From positions 34,816 through 98,815 of IMG/VR virus record IMGVR_UViG_2917791510_000001: a stretch of DNA of 64,000 bases, one strand, 5' to 3'. Both the position numbers and the translations under genes were made by a program. Under the pieces are notes generated by a model. The model saw only the letters and a program-made list of their open reading frames with translations. It made no database searches and was not told where the DNA came from. This document shows positions 1 to 11,193 of the stretch, one piece after another. How positions within the stretch are numbered: the first letter of the stretch is position 1; each line of letters begins with the position of its first letter. The stretch comes from a virus. Its lineage: Duplodnaviria > Caudoviricetes.

Positions 1-130
1 CGTGGACCGCGCTCCACCTGAGCGTGCCGCCCACCGTCCTGGACGACTTCCGCACCCTGACCGAGGAATGTGAGGACCCCGCCGACAACAGTGTCCGCTT
101 CATGTTTCTGGTCCAGCGCGTAAGGAGCCT

Positions 131-679
131 GTGATGGTGAACCCGGGACCCACGGAGCCCTACCAGCCGAAGCCCGGGGACATCGGGCTCACGCGGATCA
201 GCGGCTGGGGCGGCCGGGCGATCCGGGCCGGGCAATGGGCGCTCGGAGACGGGTTCGCCGACTTCGAGCACGCCTACGTCGTGACCGGGGTGGACGCCGA
301 CGGCACGGTGTGGATCGTGGAGGCGATGCCCGGCGGGGCGCAGCACGTCCGCCAGTGGCACACGGTCAACCGGTTCCTGGCCTGCCCCGACGAGTACCGG
401 GCCGGTGTGGCGGCCACGGCCCTCAAGCAGGCGGAGCGCAAGGTCCCGTACTCCGGTCTGGACTACGGGGCTCTCGCGCTGCACCGGTTCCACATCCCGG
501 CGCCAGGCCTGCGGACGTACATCGAGTCAAGCGGGCACCAAATCTGCTCCCAGCTCGCCGACTACTGCGCGGCCAAGGGCGGCTGGCATCTGTTCGCCGA
601 CAACCGTTGGCCAGGGTTTGTCACGCCGGGCGCGCTCAACCGGTTGTGGTCGACCCTGCCGGAAGGAGCACGAGCGTGA
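131..679 (+). CDS. Permuted papain-like (NlpC/P60, YiiX-like) cysteine amidase
   Basis: PGDIG...FEHAYV...IVEA...PY...ICSQL: His precedes Cys, as in permuted NlpC/P60 proteins. Confidence 0.65.
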   Translation: MMVNPGPTEPYQPKPGDIGLTRISGWGGRAIRAGQWALGDGFADFEHAYVVTGVDADGTVWIVEAMPGGAQHVRQWHTVNRFLACPDEYRAGVAATALKQAERKVPYSGLDYGALALHRFHIPAPGLRTYIESSGHQICSQLADYCAAKGGWHLFADNRWPGFVTPGALNRLWSTLPEGARA

Positions 680-945
680 GCGACGTACGCGATCCCGAGC
701 GGGACCAGCCGCTGCCAGTGCCGGGCCGTCTGCCGGTGCAGGCGATCCTCGTTGCGGCCATCCGGGAGCGAGCCGAGCACGGCCGCCGCAAGTACGGCAC
801 GGTGCTCCAGACCGACAACGGGCGGGACGCGTTGACGGACGCCTGGGAGGAGGCCCTGGACCTGGTCACCTACCTGACGCAGATGCGGCTGGAGCGCGGT
901 GACCGGCTTCCCGGGACGGACGCGCCGTCGGAGAACAATCGTTAA
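676..945 (+). CDS. Hypothetical phage protein, possibly all-alpha NTP pyrophosphatase (MazG-like)
   Basis: GTG at 676 overlaps the upstream stop, GGAG RBS; KYGTVLQ...DAWEEALDLVTYL acidic helix. Confidence 0.5.
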   Translation: MSDVRDPERDQPLPVPGRLPVQAILVAAIRERAEHGRRKYGTVLQTDNGRDALTDAWEEALDLVTYLTQMRLERGDRLPGTDAPSENNR

Positions 946-965
946 CCGGATCGGGAGGTTAAGCC

Positions 966-1601
966 GTGCCCAGAGGAGATCCTCCGAGCCGTCAGCCCAG
1001 CCACCGGGCGCACGTGGCGAAGCGCCGGTCCCGTGCGGTGGAGCTGAAAAACAAGGGATTGAGCTGGCAGCAGGTCGCCGAACAGATGGTCTCGGAGTAC
1101 CCGGAGTATCTGGACGGGGAGGGCAGCGTGTCGGCCGCTTTCGCCTGCGTGGACGTCACGCGTGCGCTGAAGGAGGCCAACAAGGAACTGGCCATGGGCC
1201 TGGAGGAGTACCGCGAGGCCGCACGCATGCGGCTGGACGGGCTGCGCCGCCAGGTCTTCGCCGTCCTCGCCCGGCCGCACTACGTGCTGCACCAGGGCCA
1301 GTTCGTCATCGACGAGGACGGCAACAAGGTCCGCGACGACGGCCCGGTCCTGGCGGCCGTGGACCGGCTGCTCCGGATCGAGGAACGCCAGGCGAAGATC
1401 GACGGCACGGACGCGTCGGAGAAGTTGACCATCGCGCTGGACCGCCGGGTCGACGAGGAAACCACGGTGGTCGTGGAGTCCATCCTGGCCGGCGCCAACG
1501 CAGTTGATTTGGAGCCTGCGCAAAGGCAGCGGATGCTCGAGGCCGCCGGCGCCCACCTGCGCACGCTGGAAGGCGAAGTAGTCAGCGAGACGGAGGAGTG
1601 A
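966..1601 (+). CDS. Putative terminase small subunit (N-terminal HTH)
   Basis: AVELKNKGLSWQQVAEQM HTH; AVDRLLRIEERQAKIDG motif typical of actinophage small terminases; GGAGG RBS. Confidence 0.6.
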   Translation: MPRGDPPSRQPSHRAHVAKRRSRAVELKNKGLSWQQVAEQMVSEYPEYLDGEGSVSAAFACVDVTRALKEANKELAMGLEEYREAARMRLDGLRRQVFAVLARPHYVLHQGQFVIDEDGNKVRDDGPVLAAVDRLLRIEERQAKIDGTDASEKLTIALDRRVDEETTVVVESILAGANAVDLEPAQRQRMLEAAGAHLRTLEGEVVSETEE

Positions 1602-1828
1602 TGGTCCCGCAGCACATCGCAGACCCTTCCCGGGGCGCAGCGGAGTCCGAGATCAACGCCGGGATGGAGCGGGACGGCCTGGGGTTCCGTGTGTGCATGC
1701 ACCCGGACCGGACGATCAGAGTGTGCGAGGAAGGGCTGGTCATCGAATGCGACTACTGCCCGGCGGCGCGGACAGTCGATCCGGGGCTGCGGACGGAACT
1801 GCCCACCTGGCTCTGGCGGACGACGTGA
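1598..1828 (+). CDS. Hypothetical protein (Cys-rich)
   Basis: GTGA coupling on both sides, GGAGGAG RBS. Confidence 0.55.
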   Translation: MMVPQHIADPSRGAAESEINAGMERDGLGFRVCMHPDRTIRVCEEGLVIECDYCPAARTVDPGLRTELPTWLWRTT

Positions 1829-2142
1829 GCGGGACGCGGCTCATCACCGTCACCGGCGGAAAGGTGCAGCTCCAGACGTGCGGGCTGTACGCGGGGCACA
1901 GGGTGCCGATCCTCAATGCGCACCACATCTGCCCGGAGTCGTGGTGGCTGGCGGCGGGCAAGCCGGTGGCCACCCCGTTCAAGAGCCTGTGCCCCAACTG
2001 CCATGAATCGGTGCATACGGCGATCGATGGCATTCTCGACGGCTGGGACGTCACGTCCCTGCCGCCCCGGTGCGTGGTCCTGGCCCGCCAGGCGTTCACC
2101 ATCGCCGCCGACTTCGGCCTGACCCCGGCACCGACGCTTTGA
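1825..2142 (+). CDS. HNH-like endonuclease/zinc-binding protein
   Basis: AHHICP...LCPNCHESVH pattern; start inferred at coupled GTG 1825. Confidence 0.55.
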   Translation: MSGTRLITVTGGKVQLQTCGLYAGHRVPILNAHHICPESWWLAAGKPVATPFKSLCPNCHESVHTAIDGILDGWDVTSLPPRCVVLARQAFTIAADFGLTPAPTL

Positions 2143-2155
2143 AGGGACACCGTCC

Positions 2156-3013
2156 ATGACTGTCACTGTCCACCGCTACCAGCCGACCGACCCGCGCCTG
2201 GGACGTCACGTCCGGCACGACTCCCGGTCGGCCAGGCTGCAATACGCCGTCGGTGTCCTGCCCAAGACGGCGATCAAGTCCGTCGTCTGGAACCGGCACA
2301 TACCGATCCTCGATCAGGGGCCGGTCGGCAGTTGCGTGCCCAACACGGGCGTGGAACTGCTCGCCACGGACGCCACCGGATATACCGGCGTCGACCACGT
2401 GATGATCCCCAAGGCGGACACGCAGGGGGAGTTCATAGCCGGTTCCATCTGGGACCTGGACGAGGGCTGCGCGCAGAACCTGTACCGCCTGGTCACACGC
2501 ATCGACGGTTTCCCCGGATCATGGGAGCCGGACGACACCGGCAGCGACGGCCTCACCCTGGCCAAGGCCCTCGTCATGCTCGGCCTGTCCGACGTCTACA
2601 AGCACGCGTTCAGCTACAACGCGGCCGTGAGCGCGCTCCAGAAGGGCCCGGTCGCCTTCGGAACCGTCTGGTACAACTCGATGTTCACGCCCAAGCCGGA
2701 CGGCGAGATCGTCGTGGACCCGACGTCCGGCGTGGCCGGCGGGCACGAGTACATGTCCCGTCAGTTCGACGCCGACAACGACCGGGTGTGGATAGACAAC
2801 CACTGGAACGAGTCCTGGGGTCAGAACGGCCGGGCGTGGATCAGCGGCAAGGGCATGACCACACTGTTGAAGGCTCAGGGCGATGTGACGGTGCCGCACC
2901 TGGTCAACATCGCCGACCCGGGCCCGACTCCGCCGGCGCCTCCGGCCGTGGTCTCGGACCAGGATCACTGGGCCAACACCAAGGCGTGGGCGGCGGCCAA
3001 GGGCTTCAACTGA
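2156..3013 (+). CDS. Papain-family (C1-like) cysteine peptidase
   Basis: DQGPVGSC (Gln/Cys), GGHEY (His), DNHWNESWG (Asn) catalytic motifs. Confidence 0.75.
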   Translation: MTVTVHRYQPTDPRLGRHVRHDSRSARLQYAVGVLPKTAIKSVVWNRHIPILDQGPVGSCVPNTGVELLATDATGYTGVDHVMIPKADTQGEFIAGSIWDLDEGCAQNLYRLVTRIDGFPGSWEPDDTGSDGLTLAKALVMLGLSDVYKHAFSYNAAVSALQKGPVAFGTVWYNSMFTPKPDGEIVVDPTSGVAGGHEYMSRQFDADNDRVWIDNHWNESWGQNGRAWISGKGMTTLLKAQGDVTVPHLVNIADPGPTPPAPPAVVSDQDHWANTKAWAAAKGFN

Positions 3014-3070
3014 CCGTCGGGGCGTAGCAGGGCGGCCGTGCGGGTACACGGTCTGCGGGAGGTGGAACCC

Positions 3071-3142
3071 ATGGACTTGGGTACCGTCCTAGTCTTGGTC
3101 CTGATCGTCATCCTGATCGTGGTCCTTGTGCGCCGGGTCTGA
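3071..3142 (+). CDS. 23-aa hydrophobic membrane micropeptide MDLGTVLVLVLIVILIVVLVRRV
   Basis: GGGAGGTGG RBS, one TM helix with basic tail, followed by a terminator. Confidence 0.65.
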   Translation: MDLGTVLVLVLIVILIVVLVRRV

Positions 3143-3166
3143 CCTGCCGCCACCGCCTCACCACCT

Positions 3167-3205
3167 GGAACCGCCCGGCGCCGCACCGGGCGGTTTCTGC
3201 GTTTT
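3167..3205 (+). terminator. Intrinsic terminator
   Basis: GGAACCGCCCGG/CCGGGCGGTTTC stem followed by a T-rich tail. Confidence 0.7.
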
Positions 3206-3279
3206 CCGGGCCGTTCGGCGATTTCCGGCTCCGTGGCTACCATCCGGCCATCGATCACAGACCAAGGAATGGGGTAGCC

Positions 3280-4326
3280 ATGCGCGTTCTGCTCACCGGG
3301 GCCTCGGGGTTCGTCGGGAGTCATGTCCTGCGCCACCTGCTGGCGAACGACGACTGCGAGATCGTCTGCCCTGTGTCGTTCCGGCACAAGGGCCTGCCCG
3401 CCCGCATCGCCTCGGCCGTCTGCGAGACGGAGTGGCAGCACCGGGTCCACATCGTCCACTGGGACATGCGCGCGCCCGCCGACCCGCTGACCCTGCACGA
3501 GTTCGAGGGCTGCGACGTCATCATGAACGTCGCCTCCGAGTCGCACGTGGACCGGTCGATATCCCACCCCGCCGAGTTCGTGCAGAACAACGTCGCCCTG
3601 ATGCTCAACGTGCTGGAGGTCGCGCGGGCCATCAGCCCCCGGCTGTTGCTCCAGATGTCCACGGACGAGGTGTACGGCCCGGCGTACGGCGACCACCGGC
3701 ACGCGGAGTGGGAGACGGTCATCCCGTCCAATCCGTACAGCGCGTCCAAGGCGGCGCAGGAGGCCATCGCGGTCAGCTACTGGCGAACTTTTGGCGTGCC
3801 CCTGGTCCTCACCAACACGATGAACATCATCGGTGAGATGCAGGACGGCGAAAAGTTCTTGCCGATGATCGTACGCAGCCTGCGCGACGGACTGCCGGTC
3901 ACCGTGCACACCGCGCCGGACGAGACGCCGGGCTCGAGGTTCTACCTCCACGCGCGCAACCTCGCGGACGCGTGGCTGTACCTCACCCGGAGGTACACCG
4001 ACCCGTCGGGGCCGACCCCTTGGCCATCGTCATACGCGAACGGAGCGACCCGCCCCGACCGGTTCCACATCGTCGGCGAGCGCGAGGTCGACAACATCGA
4101 GATGGTGCACCTGGTCGGCTCGGTGATGGGCCTGGACGAGACCGCCGTGAGCAGCCTGATCCGGCCCGTCAGCTTCCACTCCAGCCGGCCGGGCCACGAT
4201 CTGCGCTACGCACTGGACGGAACGAAGCTCGCGAACCTCGGCTGGACGGCCCCAGTGCCGCTGGAGAAGAGCCTCGAGCGCACCGTGCGCTGGACGCTCG
4301 ACAACCCGAAGTGGCTCGCGCTGTGA
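3280..4326 (+). CDS. rmlB: dTDP-glucose 4,6-dehydratase-like NAD-dependent epimerase/dehydratase
   Basis: GASGFVG, ASESHVDRS, STDEVYG, YSASK and RPGHDLRY motifs. Confidence 0.85.
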   Translation: MRVLLTGASGFVGSHVLRHLLANDDCEIVCPVSFRHKGLPARIASAVCETEWQHRVHIVHWDMRAPADPLTLHEFEGCDVIMNVASESHVDRSISHPAEFVQNNVALMLNVLEVARAISPRLLLQMSTDEVYGPAYGDHRHAEWETVIPSNPYSASKAAQEAIAVSYWRTFGVPLVLTNTMNIIGEMQDGEKFLPMIVRSLRDGLPVTVHTAPDETPGSRFYLHARNLADAWLYLTRRYTDPSGPTPWPSSYANGATRPDRFHIVGEREVDNIEMVHLVGSVMGLDETAVSSLIRPVSFHSSRPGHDLRYALDGTKLANLGWTAPVPLEKSLERTVRWTLDNPKWLAL

Positions 4327-4547
4327 GCGGGCCGCAGCAGCCGTCCAAGGCTGAACTGGAACGCATGCGGCACGAGCTGTCGAACGCCCTGCTCATCATG
4401 GCGGAGCAGACGGCGCCGGTCTTCGATGCCGCCGACGGGATACGGGCGGACCTGGAGAAGCGCGGCTGGTCCCCGACGGCGGCCGAACAGGTCGCGCTCA
4501 CCTGGCTGCTGGGCGCCATGGGTTCGATTGCCAGTGGTGCGAGGTGA
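4323..4547 (+). CDS. Hypothetical protein
   Basis: GTGA-coupled ORF. Confidence 0.55.
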   Translation: MSGPQQPSKAELERMRHELSNALLIMAEQTAPVFDAADGIRADLEKRGWSPTAAEQVALTWLLGAMGSIASGAR

Positions 4548-4759
4548 GGCACGCATGCGAGTGGTGCGGGGTGACGCGGTCGTCACGCTCGAGACTGCGC
4601 CTGTGCTTCATCCGCACGGTGGTCTGCCGCATGTGCCGGGACTGCCACCGCAGTCTGCACCGGAAGGGCCCCCACCGACTGCCGCACTGGCCGCGCTGGT
4701 TCCGGGACGGCGAACAGGAGCGATGGTTTAACAAAACCATCTATGGGGGATTTAACTAA
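4544..4759 (+). CDS. Hypothetical zinc-finger protein
   Basis: CEWC...CRMCRDCH; coupled to the upstream stop. Confidence 0.45.
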   Translation: MRHACEWCGVTRSSRSRLRLCFIRTVVCRMCRDCHRSLHRKGPHRLPHWPRWFRDGEQERWFNKTIYGGFN

Positions 4760-4761
4760 AT
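4722..4761. promoter_or_regulatory. AT-rich palindromes resembling the phage operator
   Basis: GATGGTTTAACAAAACCATC and GATTTAACTAAAT, similar to TGRTTTAATTAAWYCA. Confidence 0.45.
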
Positions 4762-4871
4762 GAGAGTGTCCCGGCTGCACCGGTGGAACTGACCTGGGCG
4801 ACGCCGGCCGACAAGGGCCCCGGGTCAGTCCACGTGACCCGGGGCCCACCCAATCTACGGGAGGTGTACCC

Positions 4872-6941
<2,070 letters not shown>

Positions 6942-7018
6942 CCTGGACACCGGAGCCTGCATCTCATCCCCGTGGTGCGGGCTCCGCCGTCTCCAGGAAG
7001 ACCAAGGAACCGAGGACC

Positions 7019-7495
7019 ATGCCACAAACCACGATGGATGAGCTGGTGCGGTGGCTGCGCGCCCAGCTCGACGAGGACGAGCGGATCGCGAAGGCGGCGA
7101 GCGGCAGTACGGTCTTCGGCGAGCCCGGCAGTTGGAAGGCGAAACCCGAGACCTACGGTCCCCGGGTCACAGTCGGCCCCGGCGAGAACGACTATTGGGA
7201 CCGCGAGGCTAATCCGCAGGTCTGGCGGTGCGATGATCCCCAGGACGACTGCGGCGAAGTCAGCGCAGGGATGATGGCCGAAGGCGACCACATCGCCGAG
7301 CATGATCCGGCTCGGGTGCTGCGCGAGATCGGCGCAAAGCGGCAAGCCCTCGACCACTATGCCGAGTTCCGTAGGCTCGCGACGGGCGGCGAGCGGGCAT
7401 ACCGTCTTGCGGTCGGGGCTGTTGCCATGCAGATTCAGATCATGGCGCTGCCCTACGCCGACCGGCCCGGCTATCAGGAGACGTGGCGCCCGTAG
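7019..7495 (+). CDS. DUF6221-like protein
   Basis: LVRWLRAQLDEDERIA...HDPARVLRE...LPYADRPGY; leader motif GACCAAGGAA at 7000. Confidence 0.75.
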   Translation: MPQTTMDELVRWLRAQLDEDERIAKAASGSTVFGEPGSWKAKPETYGPRVTVGPGENDYWDREANPQVWRCDDPQDDCGEVSAGMMAEGDHIAEHDPARVLREIGAKRQALDHYAEFRRLATGGERAYRLAVGAVAMQIQIMALPYADRPGYQETWRP

Positions 7496-7542
7496 CCCCT
7501 GCTCCGGAAAGCCGGGGCCGCGAGGCGCCGCACAATGGCGGG

Positions 7543-9744
7543 ATGGTGGACGCGAGGCTGAGGAGCAGGGCGGCCGACAAGCTGCTGATGCACGCGCGGC
7601 TGGTCACCGAGCCGCGCTGGACGCCGCTGCCCCACCAGGTCCCGCCGGAGCCCGGGTTCTACGGCTGGCTGCTCATGGCCGGCCGTGGCGCCGGGAAGAC
7701 GGACGCCTGCGCGAGGTACGTCCACGAGCACGTCATGGGGCCGCCGTGCCTGCCCGGCCCGATCCCGCACTGGGTGGGCATCATCGCTCCGACCCTCGGC
7801 GACGCGGCCACGTCCTGCTATGCCGGTCCGTCCGGCCTCCGCGTGCACAGCCCTGAGGCAAAGATGACGACCGTGCAGGGCGGAACCGTCATCCGCTGGC
7901 CCAACGGCTCCGAGGCCAAGCTGTTCGGCGCGCACTCACCCGAGGACGTGGAACGCCTGCGGTCCGGTGGTAACCGTTGTGCGGCTGAGGGCACGCTGGT
8001 TCGGACTGAGCACGGCGAACGGCCCATTGAGACGATCCGTCCGGGGGACAGGGTGTGGACGCGCAACGGCCTGCGCGAGGTGTTGCACGTCTGGGACAAC
8101 GGAGTCAAGGAGGTCCGGCGGTACGACCACGCGGCCGGTTCCACGCAGTTGACCCCGGATCACGAAGTATGGACCGATGAAGGCTGGATTCCCGTTTCCT
8201 CCGTCAAGCCAACGGGAACAGTCTTTACATGGGAAAACACGGAGAATCAGTCAGCTACGACGGCGTCTTATGGCACCCGCGCGAAGACGGTTATTACCAG
8301 AACAAGCACCGTGGCCTGCTGCACCGGCACATGTACACCCGCGAGGTCGGACCGATACCCAACGGGATGCAGGTGCACCACAAGAACCACGTCAAGACTG
8401 ACAACCGGGTCAGCAACTTCGTGCTGTTGCGGCCAGGGGAGCACTGGCAGGAGCACCACGGCGAGCGTGGCGAGGACTGGCACGCCAAGGGCGGCCGAGC
8501 GTCCTGGAAGGACGTCGCAGTCCGAGACTTCACCTGCCAGCGGTGTGGCGAACCCTTCCAGTCCCGCAGCCACCATGGCGTGGTCCGGTACTGCTCCAAT
8601 GCCTGCCGTGACTATGGCTCACGACCACGGGAAGAACGGGTGTGCCGCGTGTGCGGCAACACGTTCAAGTGCGCGGTTCGTTCCACGTCCAGCACCTGTT
8701 CGCGCAAGTGCACTGCGGACTACGTCGCACAGATCAAGCGTTCGCGTGTACGACCTGACGGTGGAGCATGACCACGAGTTCTTCGCGGACGGCCTGCTCG
8801 TCTCCAACTGTGTGAGCTGGTTGGAGGAGCTAGCAGCGTGGCGCTATCTCGATGACACGTGGGATCAGATCCGGTTCGGTCTGCGCTCCGGGCCGCGCCC
8901 GCACTGGGTCGCGTCGACCACGCCGAAGCCCCGGGCTCTGATCAAGAAACTGTCTGCCGGCGGTGTGGACAACGTGGTCATCACCCGGGCGACGACGTAT
9001 GACAACCCGCACCTGCCCGAGGACATCCGCGAGGCGCTCGAGGATGCCTACGGCGGGACGCAGATCGGCCGGCAGGAGCTGTACGCCGAGGTCATCGACC
9101 AGGACGAGAACGCCCTGTGGAGCCGGGGAATCATCGACGCGGGCCGGCTGCGCCCGGACGAAGTGCCGCCGCTGGCGCGCAAGTCCGTCGGCGTGGACCC
9201 GTCGGGCGGCCGGGGCGAGCAGGGCATCGTCGTGGTGGGCAAGGCGATGGTGGAGCACCTGCGCACGGTCAACGGACGGGAACGCACGGTGCAGCTCGCC
9301 CACGGCTACGTCCTCGCCGACCGCACGTGCCATCTCTCCCCGGACGGCTGGGGGCGGCGCGCCGTGCAGGCGGCCGTCGACTACGAGGCTGACGACATCT
9401 GCGTGGAGACCAACTTCGGCGGGGACATGGCGCTGAACACGATCCGCTCGGCGGCCGACTCGATGGGGATCAGCATCCCGATCAAGAAGGTCACGGCCAC
9501 TCGGGGGAAGAAGGTCCGCGCGGAGCCGGTAAGCGCCCTGACCGAGCAGGGCCGCTGGCACATGGTCGGCACCTTCCCTGAGCTGGAGGACCAGATGTGC
9601 GAGTGGTACGACGAACTCGACTGGTCGCCCGACCGTTTGGACGCGATGGTGTGGCCGGCCTGGCACCTGCGGATCGTGAAGGCGGCGATGACCGGGAACA
9701 CCACGGCGGGCGGGCTCGCGGCAGCGGGCCGTCAGATCGGGTGA
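7543..9744 (+). CDS. Terminase large subunit with intein
   Basis: Walker A GRGAGKT, WLEELAAW (Walker B), VGVDPSG and SPDRLDA nuclease motifs; start 7543 preferred over 7483 (CACAAT -10, leaderless). Confidence 0.93.
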   Translation: MVDARLRSRAADKLLMHARLVTEPRWTPLPHQVPPEPGFYGWLLMAGRGAGKTDACARYVHEHVMGPPCLPGPIPHWVGIIAPTLGDAATSCYAGPSGLRVHSPEAKMTTVQGGTVIRWPNGSEAKLFGAHSPEDVERLRSGGNRCAAEGTLVRTEHGERPIETIRPGDRVWTRNGLREVLHVWDNGVKEVRRYDHAAGSTQLTPDHEVWTDEGWIPVSSVKPTGTVFTWENTENQSATTASYGTRAKTVITRTSTVACCTGTCTPARSDRYPTGCRCTTRTTSRLTTGSATSCCCGQGSTGRSTTASVARTGTPRAAERPGRTSQSETSPASGVANPSSPAATMAWSGTAPMPAVTMAHDHGKNGCAACAATRSSARFVPRPAPVRASALRTTSHRSSVRVYDLTVEHDHEFFADGLLVSNCVSWLEELAAWRYLDDTWDQIRFGLRSGPRPHWVASTTPKPRALIKKLSAGGVDNVVITRATTYDNPHLPEDIREALEDAYGGTQIGRQELYAEVIDQDENALWSRGIIDAGRLRPDEVPPLARKSVGVDPSGGRGEQGIVVVGKAMVEHLRTVNGRERTVQLAHGYVLADRTCHLSPDGWGRRAVQAAVDYEADDICVETNFGGDMALNTIRSAADSMGISIPIKKVTATRGKKVRAEPVSALTEQGRWHMVGTFPELEDQMCEWYDELDWSPDRLDAMVWPAWHLRIVKAAMTGNTTAGGLAAAGRQIG
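7978..8808 (+). mobile_element. Intein (277 aa) in terminase
   Basis: N-terminus CAAEGTLV...GDRVWT, block B TPDH, C-terminus VYDLTVEHDHEFFADGLLVSN followed by Cys. Confidence 0.9.
8229..8771 (+). CDS. HNH homing endonuclease nested out of frame inside the terminase intein
   Basis: LHRHMY...GPIPNGMQVHHKNHVKTDNRVSN plus C-terminal CxxC repeats. Confidence 0.85.
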   Translation: MGKHGESVSYDGVLWHPREDGYYQNKHRGLLHRHMYTREVGPIPNGMQVHHKNHVKTDNRVSNFVLLRPGEHWQEHHGERGEDWHAKGGRASWKDVAVRDFTCQRCGEPFQSRSHHGVVRYCSNACRDYGSRPREERVCRVCGNTFKCAVRSTSSTCSRKCTADYVAQIKRSRVRPDGGA

Positions 9745-9756
9745 GAGGAGCAAGGC

Positions 9757-10008
9757 GTGGACGATCCGCTGCTCACTGCCGTGGCCGAGGCCCTGCGCGA
9801 GCACGGCGTCACCGACCCCCGGGCCGTCATCTCCGCTGCGGATGCAGCGACGCGCGTCCTCGGCCGGGACCGGTGCGTCTGCCGCCAGGCCGCGCATGTC
9901 CAGCACCACGATGTCCCGGTGGAGTGCTGCTCCTGGTGCAAGCCGGGCGCCGCGCCGAAGACGCGGAAGCGCGGGACGACCACCGTGCCGACGCAGGGCC
10001 TGCTCTGA
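9757..10008 (+). CDS. Hypothetical protein
   Basis: GAGGAG RBS. Confidence 0.55.
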   Translation: MDDPLLTAVAEALREHGVTDPRAVISAADAATRVLGRDRCVCRQAAHVQHHDVPVECCSWCKPGAAPKTRKRGTTTVPTQGLL

Positions 10009-10070
10009 CGAATCGGCGATTCGGCGAATCCGCCCTACCCTGCCCGGGACGTCCCCATCAGGAGGAACCC

Positions 10071-10442
10071 ATGGGCAAGGTGTTCGGCCGCGAACCGGCC
10101 GTGATCCTGGGCGCGTTCAGCGCTCTCGTACAGATCGTCACCGCGTTCGGTCTCAAGGTGGACCCGCAGACGCAGTCCATCATCACGGCCGTGGTCGCCA
10201 CCGCCCTCGGCCTCTACGTCGCCGTCAAGGTCCACGACGGCCTGTACGCGGGCATCCTCGGCCTCGTCCAGTCGGGCACCGCGCTGGTGTCGTACTTCTG
10301 GCTGCACTGGGACACCGCGACGCAGGGCAAGTTCCTGGCGGCCGTCGCCGTCCTCGTCGGCGTGTGGGTGCGGGACAAGGTCACCGCGCCGGTCCCCGCC
10401 ACCGTGTCCCCGGCGGGACGGCTCATCGCGCCCACCGCTTGA
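10071..10442 (+). CDS. Holin
   Basis: GGAGG RBS; FGREPAVIL, several TM helices, close to the endolysin. Confidence 0.7.
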   Translation: MGKVFGREPAVILGAFSALVQIVTAFGLKVDPQTQSIITAVVATALGLYVAVKVHDGLYAGILGLVQSGTALVSYFWLHWDTATQGKFLAAVAVLVGVWVRDKVTAPVPATVSPAGRLIAPTA

Positions 10443-10558
10443 CGCAACCGGGGCACCAGGCGGAACGTCTTCCTCACGGCGGGGCGTTCGGCCTGGTGGC
10501 CACCTCCAATCGTCGCCCGACAGGGCGTCCCGACCACAGACCATGGAGATAAGGAAAC

Positions 10559-10987
10559 GTGCCCGTCTGGCTGCTCATCGCCTGCATGGTCCTCGCGAAC
10601 TACCGCGCCTCGCGATTGATGACCAAGGACGACTTCCCGCCGGTGCTCTGGCTGCGCGACCGCCTCGCCGGCGGCTGGCGCCCGCTGACCCCCAGGGAAG
10701 TGGAGCGGTACCCCGTCTCCGTCACGGACAACGACCTGGCCGTCTCGCACCCCCGGCTCGGCAGCATGATGCGCATCGACGGCCGGATCAATCGCTACGT
10801 GCGCCGCTCCAAGTGGTCCCCGTACTGGCTCGCCGAGCTGGTGTCCTGCCCGTGGTGCGTGTCCGGGTGGCTGGCCGCCGCGCTCACCACCGCCGTGGCG
10901 TTCACCGTGGGCGTGCCCGCCCCGGTCCTCGTCTGGGGCGCGGTCTGGGGTGCCTCGGCTCTGCTTGCCTCGCGGGAGTGGGCGTGA
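10559..10987 (+). CDS. DUF1360-like membrane protein
   Basis: YRASRLMTKDD...LVSCPWCVSGW. Confidence 0.7.
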   Translation: MPVWLLIACMVLANYRASRLMTKDDFPPVLWLRDRLAGGWRPLTPREVERYPVSVTDNDLAVSHPRLGSMMRIDGRINRYVRRSKWSPYWLAELVSCPWCVSGWLAAALTTAVAFTVGVPAPVLVWGAVWGASALLASREWA

Positions 10988-11193
10988 CGACCGCCGCTGA
11001 TCTCCCGCCCCTGCCGCGCCGTCCGATCCCCACGGTCCGCCGCTCCAGCCTCAAGCGGACGATGGAGCGCTACACCAGCCTCCCCGAGGTGTGGGCCGTA
11101 GAACTGGCCCTGTCCGACGGAGAGGTCACCCGCCTGGTCGTGCACTGGGAGACCGGCCGCAAGACCGAACTGACCGTCACGGAGGACGCATGA
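10984..11193 (+). CDS. Hypothetical protein
   Basis: Coupled ORF between the DUF1360-like gene and the lysin. Confidence 0.5.
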   Translation: MTTAADLPPLPRRPIPTVRRSSLKRTMERYTSLPEVWAVELALSDGEVTRLVVHWETGRKTELTVTEDA

